Origin: Podarcis melisellensis
Lineage: Eukaryota
Reading direction: 5' to 3' (one strand)
Assembly: GCA_964234715.1 (NCBI GenBank)
Contig: OZ174285.1
Length of the DNA stretch: 64,000 nucleotides
Positions 1 to 11,260 of this stretch are shown piece by piece (the first letter of the stretch is position 1; each line of letters begins with the position of its first letter). The notes beneath the pieces are model-generated. The model saw only the letters and a program-made list of their open reading frames with translations, made no database searches and was not told the origin of the DNA. The position numbers were made by a program, and so were the translations under genes.

Positions 1-92
1 ATCTTTCTTTTCTCCCAGGCGCATGTTGGTTAGTGATATAGTGATTACACTGTTGTTTGACTGGTCATCATAAATTGGTTGATGCTCTTAAT

Positions 93-287
93 CATGGGTA
101 GGCAACCTAAGGCCCGGGGGCCGGATACATGAGTAGAATGTGTTCTTTTATTTAAAATGCATCTCTGGGTTATTTGTGGGGCATAGGAATTCATTCATTC
201 CCCCCCCCCAAAAAAAAATAGTCCAGCCCCCACAAGGTCTGAGGGACAGTGGACTGGCCCCCTGCTGAAAATGTTTGCTGACCTCTG
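93..287. mobile_element. Non-autonomous hAT/Charlie-type DNA transposon (OC1/hAT-HT-like ends)
   Basis: Imperfect TIRs catgggtaggcaacc ... tttgctgacctctg. The subterminal ggtctgagggacagtggactggccccctg resembles recalled OposCharlie1-type 3' ends. No clean TSD. Confidence 0.75.
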
Positions 288-1483
288 TAATACTGGTTTT
301 ATCTGGTGATGTCTTTAGGTATTTATGATTATTTGTATTTTATTGTTTGTTTAAATTGTAATGGCTATACTTTAAATTTCTTTTGTTTCACTAGAGGTGG
401 TTGATGAATTCATTCTTCAAGTTTGGGATAAATGATATTTTTTGCAAAATAAAAGCATCAACTGCAGTTGTAATGTTGCATATTTAAAACAATTATTATT
501 TGCCATTGAAATTCATAATGTACACATTAACCTGTGATGGCGTTTGAATCAATATTGCCGTTTGGAAGATGTGATTCCTGGACAGCTTTCCTAAATATTG
601 ATTTAATTGTCATTTGTTTAAGGTATGAAACAAATTGCATGCCTTACTGATATTGTTAATCTGGCCCCTTTGAACTGCTGAATCTATGGGTTCATGTAAT
701 ACATGGCATTACATTACAAAAATATTGAAATTATTGTGGAATACAATTGTCTTGTGCATTAGATTTGCTGGATTGCTGCAAGATTCATATTAGATCAGGG
801 GCATAGTCTTACCACTTCTTCCCCCTCTCTCCCTTTCAATTTATGCCAACATGTTTAATGTGGTAAAATTGAGCTTGTGACTATTGGCTGTTTGGCAATG
901 TATTTTGAATGGGAAGAGTTTCCTTGATGGAAATTCACTGTGTTGTCTGAAATATGAATGCACGTGGAAATTGGCATTAATACATTATATTACGTTGGAT
1001 AATTATAACACTTAACTTGGCAATATAGAGTTCAGTGAGATTTACTCTCTAATAAGTATTTAAATGTTTGTAGAATTGAAGCCTAAATTAAATTAAAGGC
1101 AACATGAATGGTGAAATTAGTTATTTTCAAAAGGAAATAAAACTGGTAGACTTACTAATGTTTTATTTTTTTCCCTAGCACAACCATATTTCATTACTCC
1201 AAAATTAAGCCCAAACATTGCTCTCTGCATTGTGCAATACAGATTTGTTATCAAAACTAGGCCCTATTTCCTTAGTTTTCTAGCTGTCCAAATAATTTTT
1301 GATCCGTTGATCAGCATTTGGCACTCTAAAACTTATGTATGTCTTGTTCCACTGCAGAATTAGTGAGTAAACATGCAGGTTGCTCTCATTGTTACAGTGT
1401 GAATTCAAGTTACCGTACATAGAATGTGAAGATAATTTTAAGTTGCAAAGTATTCATAATATTGTTAAATGGTCTTTTCCCAG

Positions 1484-1586
1484 GTAAAAGTGATCCATTT
1501 TGTGTAGTTGAGTTGAACAATGATAGACTGCTGACCCATACGGTGTACAAGAATCTTAATCCGGAATGGAACAAGATCTTCACATT
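1484..1586 (+). CDS. MCTP1: MCTP1 internal coding exon, third C2 domain: (G)[33 protein letters not shown](F)
   Basis: Acceptor cttttcccag at 1483, donor gtaagt at 1587, 103 nt, phase 1 to 2. The translation has the C2 motifs SDPF and NLNPEWN and matches vertebrate MCTP1 as I recall it. Confidence 0.96.
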
Positions 1587-3099
1587 GTAAGTCTTAATGT
1601 TTCACTTTTGAATTTTACTTGTATACCTGGCTAATCATTTCAAAGCTTTCAAGATAAAGCTAAATTGCTTTGATTTCTTAAGTGGAACAAGAGATTTCAT
1701 TGGAACGAACAGAAGTATAAAGTAGATAATTTCTCTCTTTGATTTTGCCTTCTGAGTGATGATACTCCAAATGTCAATATACTTTGAAGGTACTATAGTA
1801 CACTGCTGTGCAGCTACTAGGCTGAAACTTTTTAATGTTCATTCCAATAATTTTTAGAATTTATTGGGCAGTTTTACCCATATTCCTGACCACCCATACT
1901 GCTGCTACCGAGTTGATGCTGAGGAAGATGTCCAATATAACCCCATTCATGTTATTTCAACTTTAAATGTGAGTAAGCGAACTCACCAATACTGGACTCA
2001 GAATAATGCTGATTTTCTTTCACAATGATCATCTCTTGCATTTAGAACTGTAGGGCAGAGTCTGAGAATCCTGAACATTTGTTGACCCTCATAATAGTAT
2101 CTTGAATGCTAGACCCGTGGGTTCCTTCATTATATTGAGATTATTCCTCTGAATTAATTTTAGAGGGGAGGGGAGGAACCATAGAGGTAAACAAAAAGAA
2201 ATATTGGAACTTTTATATATTGTTTTCCTTGGTGCATTTATCCTAGAGGTGTGAATTTGGTTTATTAACTTTAAAAGGTGAGCAGGATGAAATTCTCATT
2301 GTCTCTACTAAACCAGTGGTTTGGGGGGGGGGGAATGAAGGCCTGTCGTGATTATAGGTGAAAGCCATTGCTCAGTAGTACAGCACGTGAAACCCTGCCT
2401 GGTGACAGAGGGTTGAGCTACACAGTCTGCTGAACAGCAGATTGTTGGCACACAACCCTTCAGCTCTGTTACTATGATTATTCACATAATGAATGGGAGC
2501 TGGATATAGGAAAGAATATTAAGCGGCTTATTCTTCTGGAAGATCTTAGTTTTCCCCTCTTATTAATTATGCTCATTCCTTTGCTTTTTGTAATGTTCTG
2601 ATCTCTGAAGTCTGTTGGATTGAAGATGATATTTTAGATTAAAAGCCCTAATCAAAGGGGTTTCCTCTAGCATCGGGGTGCTGTGCTAGATGAGTTGCAT
2701 TACAACTTTAGAATTCTGTGGAACCTCTATTTATGAAACACTCTTTGTGATGGAAAATTACTTCAGTACTTAATAGTTTCTCAGTGGCAATATTTTGAAA
2801 CATTTAAAAATTAAAGAATCAAGCATCTTCTTTTTGTATGGCTGCTCCAATTGCAGTACAACACAAAGAGAAAGTAAATCTGTTTCAGGTTTGTTTGTTT
2901 TTGCTGCTTCACTATCCACTAAATGTTCCCAGCTGGAAGCTTTAGTCTTATGTGTGTTCAGGCAGTCTCCTTCTACATTTTTGGTTTTATAAGAACCAAG
3001 TTAATACTTACTATGTAGCCTGTAAGATCTATTTAACCCTCTTCCCCCCCTTCTTTGTGAGATTGAAGAAACACAACAATAAACTATCAATTTAATTGT

Positions 3100-3280
3100 T
3101 ATCATTATTGTTATTTGTTTGTTTGCTTATTATCTGCCCTTCACCTTAAGGTCCCAGGGTGGGGTATAACATTAAAACAGAATATTAAAACTGTCTAAAA
3201 CACCTTATAATCAAAAAATAAGGTGAGTAAAAAATATACACTTCAAGTATTCAATTCCAGGGTGAAGAGGTGTGTATTAA
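3100..3280 (-). mobile_element. Degraded L2-type LINE/SINE 3' tail
   Basis: A ttatt/ttgtt simple tail followed by atctgcccttcaccttaaggtcccagggtggg, the reverse complement of a squamate L2-like terminal stem-loop. Confidence 0.55.
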
Positions 3281-3603
3281 GGGGTGCATCCCCATTCAGT
3301 ATTCTGTGTATTTGCAAAATATGCTGCATTCATTGCGAATTTTGTTTATATGCAAAAGTTCCAACAATCAACCCCCATTATTTCATTATATAACATCTCA
3401 GTTAACTATTTCAAATTATCTTGAATGCAGTATATCATGAGTCACACATCTTTAATCTTTGATTTTTGCCCCACACCTTACTTGTATATATTTTTCAAAG
3501 TTGATTATACCACATTCCTCTATGTATTACCTGGATATGAAGTGCTACTTGTTTTTCCAAAGTAAATATCAGTAGCAGCTAAATATTTATAAAAGTATAC
3601 ATG

Positions 3604-4077
3604 GAGCTTGTTTAGACATAAGGGCCAAGCTATAGTTTAGCGTGAACATGCAGGCTCTTGGGCAGGCATAGGCAAACTCAGCCCTCCAGATGTTTTGGAC
3701 TACAGCTCCCATCATCCCTAGCTAACAGGACCAGTGGTCAGGGATGATGGGAGTTAGTCCCAAAACATCTGGAGGGCCGAGTTTGCCTATGCCTGCTCTT
3801 GGGAAGAAAATTCCATGCAGCTGCTTTGTTCTTCCTCTGGTCCTGATGGTGTAAGCTAAGTCATTGTTTGACTTAGTTATCCAAATTTGGGGTCATATCT
3901 TCTCTAGACAAACCATGAGCTTGGAACTAAAGCTTATTCTTGGGGTTTGTATGGAGAAGAAGCGTAGCCGCAAGAGGTCTGGAAGAGGCTTGCATCAGGC
4001 ATAATCTCTTCTTTGGGGACCCTCTCTCATTCACGCTAAGCCATAGTTTGGCTCAGCACTGCATGCCAACTAACTCA
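3604..4077. mobile_element. Older TIR-bounded non-autonomous DNA element (possibly PIF/Harbinger-like), host of the MITE at 3663-3795
   Basis: Inverted arms gccaagctatagtttagcgtgaa (3624-3646) and ttcacgctaagccatagtttggc (4030-4052). The same taagccatagtttg motif recurs near 51867 and 56981. Confidence 0.65.
3663..3795. mobile_element. 133-bp palindromic hAT MITE with a perfect 8-bp TSD
   Basis: TIR caggcataggcaaact ... agtttgcctatgcctg, nearly fully self-complementary. TSD ctcttggg at 3655-3662 and 3796-3803. Confidence 0.93.
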
Positions 4078-4998
4078 TAATTAAACCATATTTAAAGGTT
4101 GAAAGACTGAACCTTACAAATCTTCAGGCTTGCATATTTCATCCCTCCTCTGGCACAGCCATGCGGGCTTTAGGATAATTTACTTCCATCTTAGGTTAAC
4201 TGTGGCTTGCCATGTCATCTGAATGTGGACAAGCTGTGGTCGAGCTTAGCTATAGTTAATGAAAACAAACCAGCTTCTAGTATTTAGGAAACTAACTTTT
4301 TTTCTTACTAATCGTAATTAAGACTAAACACAGTTTAGGGTTTCATATAACTTGCCTGAGTGCAACAGGCTAAACAACCAAAGAGAAGGGGGACGTGTGT
4401 GAACCTGGTAGCAGGCTAGACCTAACATTTTTTCCCTACTAAACCATGATTTATGTTTACATCTGAATGCAGCCTAGCTAGCATACAATTTAATACCAGA
4501 AAGTTGAAACTCTGTAGCAGTTAAAGGAATGGAGAAAGTGAGAACTCTGGAAACATCTTAATGGCTTCTAAATCTGGTGGCGACAATTTGATTGGTTTTT
4601 TTTGGGGGGGGAGTGTCTATATGAAACCCACCAAGGATCTGGTCATGTCCATTTTAAATTTCAAGTGCTTTTTGATTGCAATCTTACTTTCTAACTCTGC
4701 AAACGTATCACTTATTCAGTACACTAAATCAGGGTAAGTATTAATGAAAGGCTTTCTTGTGCTTCTTGTAGGTTGTATAATGCATGTCCAGTCATGAAAT
4801 GATCGATATCATGCCTGCGTTGCATTCCTGGACATTTCTATTTCAACTCATGCCCTCTTTTTAACTCCCTTTTTCTAGTTTACACTTCTAAAAATTCACA
4901 CAGTTTTTCATTTTCCTCTAACTTGTTAATGCATTTGCCTTGATAATGATTCAGTTAGGTGACTTTCTTACCTCTGTTCTGCCCTATCCCTTTCATAG

Positions 4999-5101
4999 CA
5001 ATATTAAGGATATCCACTCAGTTCTTGAAGTGACAGTTTATGACGAAGACCGAGATCGGAGTGCTGACTTCCTGGGCAAAGTGGCTATACCATTGTTGTC
5101 T
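4999..5101 (+). CDS. MCTP1: MCTP1 exon, third C2 domain: (F)[34 protein letters not shown]
   Basis: Acceptor ccctttcatag, donor gtaagt at 5102, 103 nt, phase 2 to 0. Completes the split TT|C (Phe) codon of the previous exon and carries the Ca2+-binding loop [13 protein letters not shown]. Confidence 0.97.
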
Positions 5102-5180
5102 GTAAGTTTATTATTATTATTTGGTTAATGCACTGCTCTGTATATTTTTATGCTCATGGGAAAAAAAATCAGGGCTGTCT

Positions 5181-5656
5181 NNNNNNNNNNNNNNNNNNNN
5201 NNNNNNNNNNNNNNNNNNNNNNNNNNNNNNNNNNNNNNNNNNNNNNNNNNNNNNNNNNNNNNNNNNNNNNNNNNNNNNNNNNNNNNNNNNNNNNNNNNNN
5301 NNNNNNNNNNNNNNNNNNNNNNNNNNNNNNNNNNNNNNNNNNNNNNNNNNNNNNNNNNNNNNNNNNNNNNNNNNNNNNNNNNNNNNNNNNNNNNNNNNNN
5401 NNNNNNNNNNNNNNNNNNNNNNNNNNNNNNNNNNNNNNNNNNNNNNNNNNNNNNNNNNNNNNNNNNNNNNNNNNNNNNNNNNNNNNNNNNNNNNNNNNNN
5501 NNNNNNNNNNNNNNNNNNNNNNNNNNNNNNNNNNNNNNNNNNNNNNNNNNNNNNNNNNNNNNNNNNNNNNNNNNNNNNNNNNNNNNNNNNNNNNNNNNNN
5601 NNNNNNNNNNNNNNNNNNNNNNNNNNNNNNNNNNNNNNNNNNNNNNNNNNNNNNNN
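5181..5656. other. Assembly gap of 476 N, probably hiding one MCTP1 exon
   Basis: Run of N. The orthologous peptide between ...PLLS and VKAS... is not found elsewhere in the window. Confidence 0.95.
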
Positions 5657-5847
5657 GAATGCTCTTCTGCCACTGGCTGAGACACCCACTTTGCTACTAC
5701 TGCTGCTAATGTATACACAAGCATAAGTTTCTGTGCCTCACATTTCTGGATTATAGTCTTGGCCCCATGACTTTGAAATGCTACAGTGATGATTCTATAT
5801 ATATTTGTGCAGTTCTCAGTTCCTAAACAATATATTTTGATATATAG

Positions 5848-5922
5848 GTAAAAGCCAGCTTCCGAACGTTAATGCCCAAAGAACAGAAGTATATTGAAGA
5901 AGAAAACAGAATTTCTAAACAG
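5848..5922 (+). CDS. MCTP1: MCTP1 exon: VKASFRTLMPKEQKYIEEENRISKQ
   Basis: Acceptor tatatag, donor gtaaag at 5923, 75 nt, phase 0-0. Matches the MCTP1 post-C2 linker. Confidence 0.95.
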
Positions 5923-7403
5923 GTAAAGAGTTGGAAACTATTATTTATTCCCAATAGACAGAATATCAAGTGAAACCTTATGACTGTATTTTGTCAAGCA
6001 TTGATAGCTAAGAGAATAGCACATCTCATTTATATTGAAAAACTTATCTGGAGTTATCAAATAAAATTTGCACAAATGCAGATTTTAAAGTCTTCTAAAT
6101 CCCTTTCTGCCAGATTTAGTTATTTGTAAAATGTGTGCATGATAACTCTAATTAAAGTTGTCAGTCTGCCCCCATGTATCAGGTTATAGCACAGGTGGCT
6201 GTAAACTTAGTCTAGCATAAATTTTGGTGGCCAACTTTGACCTGGAGGAACTCCCATATTGTTTTGGATTATGGTATGTATCAGCCTTTTGTTCTCTTAG
6301 TTCTCCTTTTAAGGTGCTTATTAGAAACTTAACTCAGGCAAATATATAAAATTCCTCTGATTCTGCAACATGATTGACAGGATTCTTCTTTTTCATGTAT
6401 GTTTACTAACTAATTGCTGCAATATTTACCAGCAGTAACTGTTTTCAAAAGTGCAGTCCTACCAAATGCTTTCAACTTAAATAATTTTTAAAATCTTGCA
6501 GCCATGATGTTCATGTTTCCTTCTGGAGGATAAGAATGTTGGTCACTGAAGAGTCAAACACTAAACAACTCTTCTTTGTAGGATCTTATTTGTGTGCTTT
6601 TTAGTGTTTTAATTATTGCATGAAATCATCAGTACAGAGATTTTATAAGCAGCTGCTTATATGTATAGGTCCTGCTCAGAAATGACTAGACTCATATGCA
6701 GAAAAATAGTAGCAAGGAACTTATGACTATTACTAATCAATGAATATTATCAAACCTTGGTTTGTAGTATAAGAATCTCATTAGAGCAAGTGCTTTTCTT
6801 AAATATCCGAGATCTTGAATTAGTGAATATAACCTAATACTGTAAAATGTAAGTTTCGTAAAAGTTAGTGAGTTCATCTCCAAATGAACTTCGTGGTACT
6901 CAACTATTCGTTTTAAAACATAATTCCTTAAAAATCTACTTGTTCATCCTTTTCATGAAACGTATTGTAGTTTCACAGCTTCCATGGGAAAAGTTACTTC
7001 AGTTTCCTCAGAGATAATTACTCAGAACTGCATACGTGGTTTCTCAGCAGTCATCTCTTTAGTATCAGAAATTGATTCAGCCAACTCCAGTGCAAAAAAA
7101 CCTAGGTTGATATATCAAATCTCTGGATCTCAGTTCTTAGAGCATGCTTAAAGATTGGGAAGGAAACATTAGTAGGTACAATTGTACTGTCATTTAAATT
7201 ATTTTCATGCTGTACAGCAGAACAGTGCAAGCCTACAACTACTGATAATACTGATAAATATCTAGATAATGAGTTTTCCCCTTTACTGCAATACAAAATA
7301 TTGTCTGTACAGAACAGTATTTTCAGTTGAAATGTGTTGTGAGCAGTTTTCATAGCTAAAATGCACAAACTGAGCCGACACATTCTACGTTTCTTTCCTC
7401 CAG

Positions 7404-7523
7404 CTTCTTCTAAGGAACTTCATGCGGATGAAGCGTTGTGTCATGGTTCTTGTAAATGCCGCCTACTATATAAACAGTTGCTTTGACTGGGATTCACCAC
7501 CAAGGAGTCTTGCTGCTTTTGTG
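7404..7523 (+). CDS. MCTP1: MCTP1 exon: LLLRNFMRMKRCVMVLVNAAYYINSCFDWDSPPRSLAAFV
   Basis: Strong pyrimidine tract ttctttcctccag, donor gtatga at 7524, 120 nt, phase 0-0. Contains the MCTP motif SCFDWDSPPRSL. Confidence 0.97.
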
Positions 7524-7903
7524 GTATGATATTAACCTTAATATTAATATATGTGTATACAAAAAAATAAATAAATGTAATGGTCTCATCAATAGGACAT
7601 ATATGGAAGATCACAGTCAATACCTAATAATCAATCTGTAGTTTAAAGCCAATATTAGAACATCCAGGGCTTCCTAGAATTGGCTTTCTTCTACAATCAG
7701 TGACCTCTAATACCCTAACCTTAAAACTCCAGTAAGTTTAATGCCAGTACATTCTTCTCTCTAATTTCCAGTGGTATAGGAAACTTCAAAGTGCTTGAGT
7801 TCACCATGGCATCATAGCCATGCTCCCAATGATAATCTATAAATGTAGGCAGGTGTATTGATCCTAAATAAGCTCTGTATAGGCATACTTGCATACACAT
7901 ATA

Positions 7904-8139
7904 CAGTGAGGGGGGAAGGTATTTGATCCCCTTCTAAATTTGCCCATTTGCCCTCTGACGAAGAAATGACCAGTCCATAATTTTAATGGTAGGTTTATTG
8001 TAGCTGTGAGAGACAGAATAACAACAGGAAAACCCCCAGAAACCCAGAAGACAGAAGACGGAGATGGATGTGCATTATAGTAAGTGAAATAAGTATTTGA
8101 TCCCTTTGCAAAATATGACTTAGTACTTGGTAGCAAAAC
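7904..8139 (+). mobile_element. One end (IR/DR-type ITR) of a Tc1-like transposon
   Basis: TA then cagtgaggggg. Internal direct repeat gtatttgatccc at 7919-7930 and 8093-8104. The body resembles recalled fish and amphibian Tc1 ITRs. No transposase or opposite end seen. Confidence 0.85.
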
Positions 8140-8740
8140 AGTATGGCACACATACTGCCATTTTACATGCTGGTGGGACCAATTTTCAACTGATTAATAA
8201 CAAATTATAGAACAACTGTGTATTCCCCATCACATATTCCCCATCCCTCTGCTATTACAGTCACCCCAAGTTAACAACACTGGCAAATGTGGTTGCTGCA
8301 GATGGGTGATGCCATTAGCACTTGTTTCACAGTAGGAACAAAGTTCAACTCCTTTGCAGTCATGTCCCATGCCAACATTGAGGACCTTTAATATGTCATT
8401 CTTTGGGTATGAGATTCTAAACCTAAGCCATTCATACCTGCCAGTCTTAGATGAAATATCTGATTGTGTGAGAAATGGATCCTCAGTTGTTTATGTTATA
8501 CATATCCACCAGATCTGCCTCCATCCAAAAGAACTTCCCACCCAGTATTTTCTGTGTATCAGTTTAATACAATTTTCTTCTAGACGTTTTAACATAGACC
8601 TTTTTCTTCTGCGTCTTCACTTCCTTGCCACGACACCAAATAGGAGCATTTTGAGGGGAAAAAATAGAGGCCCCAAAAGCTTGCAACTTCTTTATGTTAG
8701 TCATCTTGGACTCCTTTAGGAGGAAGGGTGAAACGGTAAA

Positions 8741-8757
8741 TAGATAGATAGATAGAT

Positions 8758-8792
<35 letters not shown>

Positions 8793-8815
8793 GATAGATA
8801 GATAGACAGACAGAC
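8741..8815 (+). repeat. Compound (TAGA)n/(CAGA)n microsatellite at the tail of a decayed retroposon 3' end (about 8695-8740)
   Basis: Read directly. Confidence 0.95.
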
Positions 8816-9789
8816 AACTGATCATTTTAAGATCTGAGAAATGTGATAAGAGACATTCCAGGAGCCTTGATAAAAGGTTATGCCTATATACATAAGTTTC
8901 AGAAATGGTCGCGTAATAACTTTACCCAAAATGCTTCTACTTTTGTGTGTTTACTTCCTGCATTAGCTCTGGGAGGTGCTTGTGGCATAATGGCATAACG
9001 TTCCTTTTGCCTGATGAAGGGAAGCACTCGTATAGGGCATCCTCTCCCTTGTGGTCTCCTGAGCTGGAGTAATAAAGGGTGTGACCATATGGCTTCTGTA
9101 ACATTACTTCTTTAGACAATACAAGGTGTAGCTTAATAACAGAACCGATATGTTGATACAGGAACAAACTTTATTCTGCAGGATATACCAGTCATGGCAA
9201 TTATTGGCTTTATTTTATTTTTATTATTTAAACTTGTATGCTACTTTTCCACATAAATGTGCCCAAAGCAGTACATATGATTAGAGGCAGCATGCTTTGA
9301 ATACCAGGGGCTAGAGAATCAGGTTCAGCATCAGCACATAGCACAGTCAGGCAAATGCCCACCACCACTGATACCTATGCACTGGGCTAGGTGGGCCCTT
9401 TAGCTGCTTGGCATTGAGAAGAATTCCAAGTGATTGCAGTGAGGAAGTCATTTTAACCTTTCCCTAATGACTTTGAATGCAGCATTGTTCCAGAGTGGTT
9501 CTGTATTGAGGGTGCTGGGAAGAATTAAATTGATGGCTCTTGCATGCTGTAGCAGCCTGGAGCTTCTGTTAGCCCCGAATAGCAAGGGGAAAACACCAGC
9601 AGCACAGGATCCTTTCGGATTCCTCCCTCTTCATTGATCAGCACTGAGAAGACTGCTAAGCAGTTGCAAAAAGGGACCATCAGTTAAATCCCTCCCCACT
9701 GTCTTTGATGTTGTAGAAAACTGGGTTTAGGTGAGATTAAATTCACTTTAAGAAAAGCAACCGACTTAGAAATCTGTATGACGCCCCCA

Positions 9790-9900
9790 AAAGTGCCCTG
9801 CTAAATGAGAGTACAGTCATGTCCTCCAGCATCTTGTTTCCAATAGTGGGCAAGCAGATGCCCATGCGATGCCCAAAGGCAGGAAGTAGAGGCGACTGCC
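9790..9900 (-). mobile_element. Decayed CR1-type 3' end
   Basis: The reverse complement ggcatctgcttgcccactattggaaacaagatgctgga resembles the CR1 3' copies at 27489-27768 and 34273-34417. Confidence 0.55.
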
Positions 9901-10733
9901 ATCTCCCTCTTGTTCTCCACAGGACCAGGTCTGAGATGACCTTGGCCAGATTGTCCTCACTGGGCCCCCCAAATGGCCCTGTCTTGGGGGGACATACCAC
10001 ACAGTGGGGGTTATAAATAATGGTGCAAGCTGTGCCTTGAGAAAGCCGCCATTCTTGAGAAAGCTGTAGTCAAAACAAAACTACTATGAAAGAAAATTAA
10101 ATTGTATTTCCCCCTGCTCCTCAGATATATCCATCTATCCTAAATATTTTTATGGTTTATACATGCCCTTTAGAATCTTATTCAAGATCTACTGTAGGAT
10201 CAACTTTGTGCCTCAGGTGTAATGAACATGAATGAGTAACGACCTGTTCTTTCTTAGATGCTGCCTGTCCTTTTACAGGCACTGTTGCTTCAGAACTGAC
10301 AAGCTAAAGTCCATTGGTGCAATGGACTGTATTTTTAATCTTCAATAAAGTCTCTTCTGATCCCTGTTCCTGCCCTGCCTCTTTTGAACCTATTAAGTAA
10401 TCTGCTGTGATGTCACAGCGTGGCATTGGAGATATCACAGCCCATCTGTCTTCCACAGCCTCTGATGTCATATGTGGGTTGCCAGTGTTGGTCTAGGCAG
10501 AAGTGCTGAGAGGGTCTTGTGAAAGACACATAAGTTGACAGGCAGATTAAAAAATTAAACACTTTCATCTTTGCATGCCGTGGTCTTTAGAACCTCTTTA
10601 CACCTTGTTGAGAGGTTTCAAAGCCTTTTAATAGAGGCAGATAGCACATGGCAGCTTATACCCTAGAGTTGTGACCAAGATCGTAAACCAGAACTCAACA
10701 ACCTACAGTGTTGTCAGAAAACCGCAACATGTA

Positions 10734-10735
<2 letters not shown>

Positions 10736-10781
<46 letters not shown>

Positions 10782-10815
10782 TACTATTACTATTACTATT
10801 ACTATTACTATTATT
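10736..10815 (+). repeat. (TAT)n then (TACTAT)n compound microsatellite
   Basis: Read directly; it produces the spurious poly-Tyr ORF. Confidence 0.95.
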
Positions 10816-11083
10816 GCAGTTCTGCATACAGTTCCACATTGTGTCCCCCTGTGAAATCTCTGAATCTTAGGTGGGTTGATTAGCTCCAGGAATGTAACCT
10901 AAAGGAGTGCAAACTAAAGGAGCACATCTTGAGGTTTGAGTTAAGGAGACATTGGATTTAAATAGTCCCTTTATCGTAACATAATATATGAGATTTAAAT
11001 GTTGTAGCACTTTTGGGGGGAGATGCTGAAAACCACCGGATTTCCTATTTTAATATCCCTATTGCCTACTCTATATTTTATTT

Positions 11084-11260
11084 GGGTGAAATCCAACATA
11101 GTGCATGCAACAGGGCTTCTTCTGTTCCTGACTGTCGCCCTGCCCTCTGGATCAGATTTTGAAGGTGGACAGGGGGCTGCATCAGGGTGGAGAGGAAATA
11201 GTCCTGCTGCACAAGCAGAAATCTGTTGTGCCTGCAGTTGGGCACAACTGGATATCACCC
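11084..11260. mobile_element. Short TIR element (Harbinger-like MITE)
   Basis: Ends gggtgaaatccaac ... ctggatatcaccc with ttt on both flanks. Same termini as 20450-20575 and 55280-55391. Confidence 0.6.

Noticed and set aside
4940-5128. 62-aa ORF as a standalone gene
   Set aside because: It is the MCTP1 exon 4999-5101 plus intronic read-through.
5117-5726. Five long ORFs of 176-201 aa in the ORF track
   Set aside because: Artefacts of translating through the N gap.
10671-10883. Poly-tyrosine ORF
   Set aside because: Translation of a (TAT)n/(TACTAT)n microsatellite.
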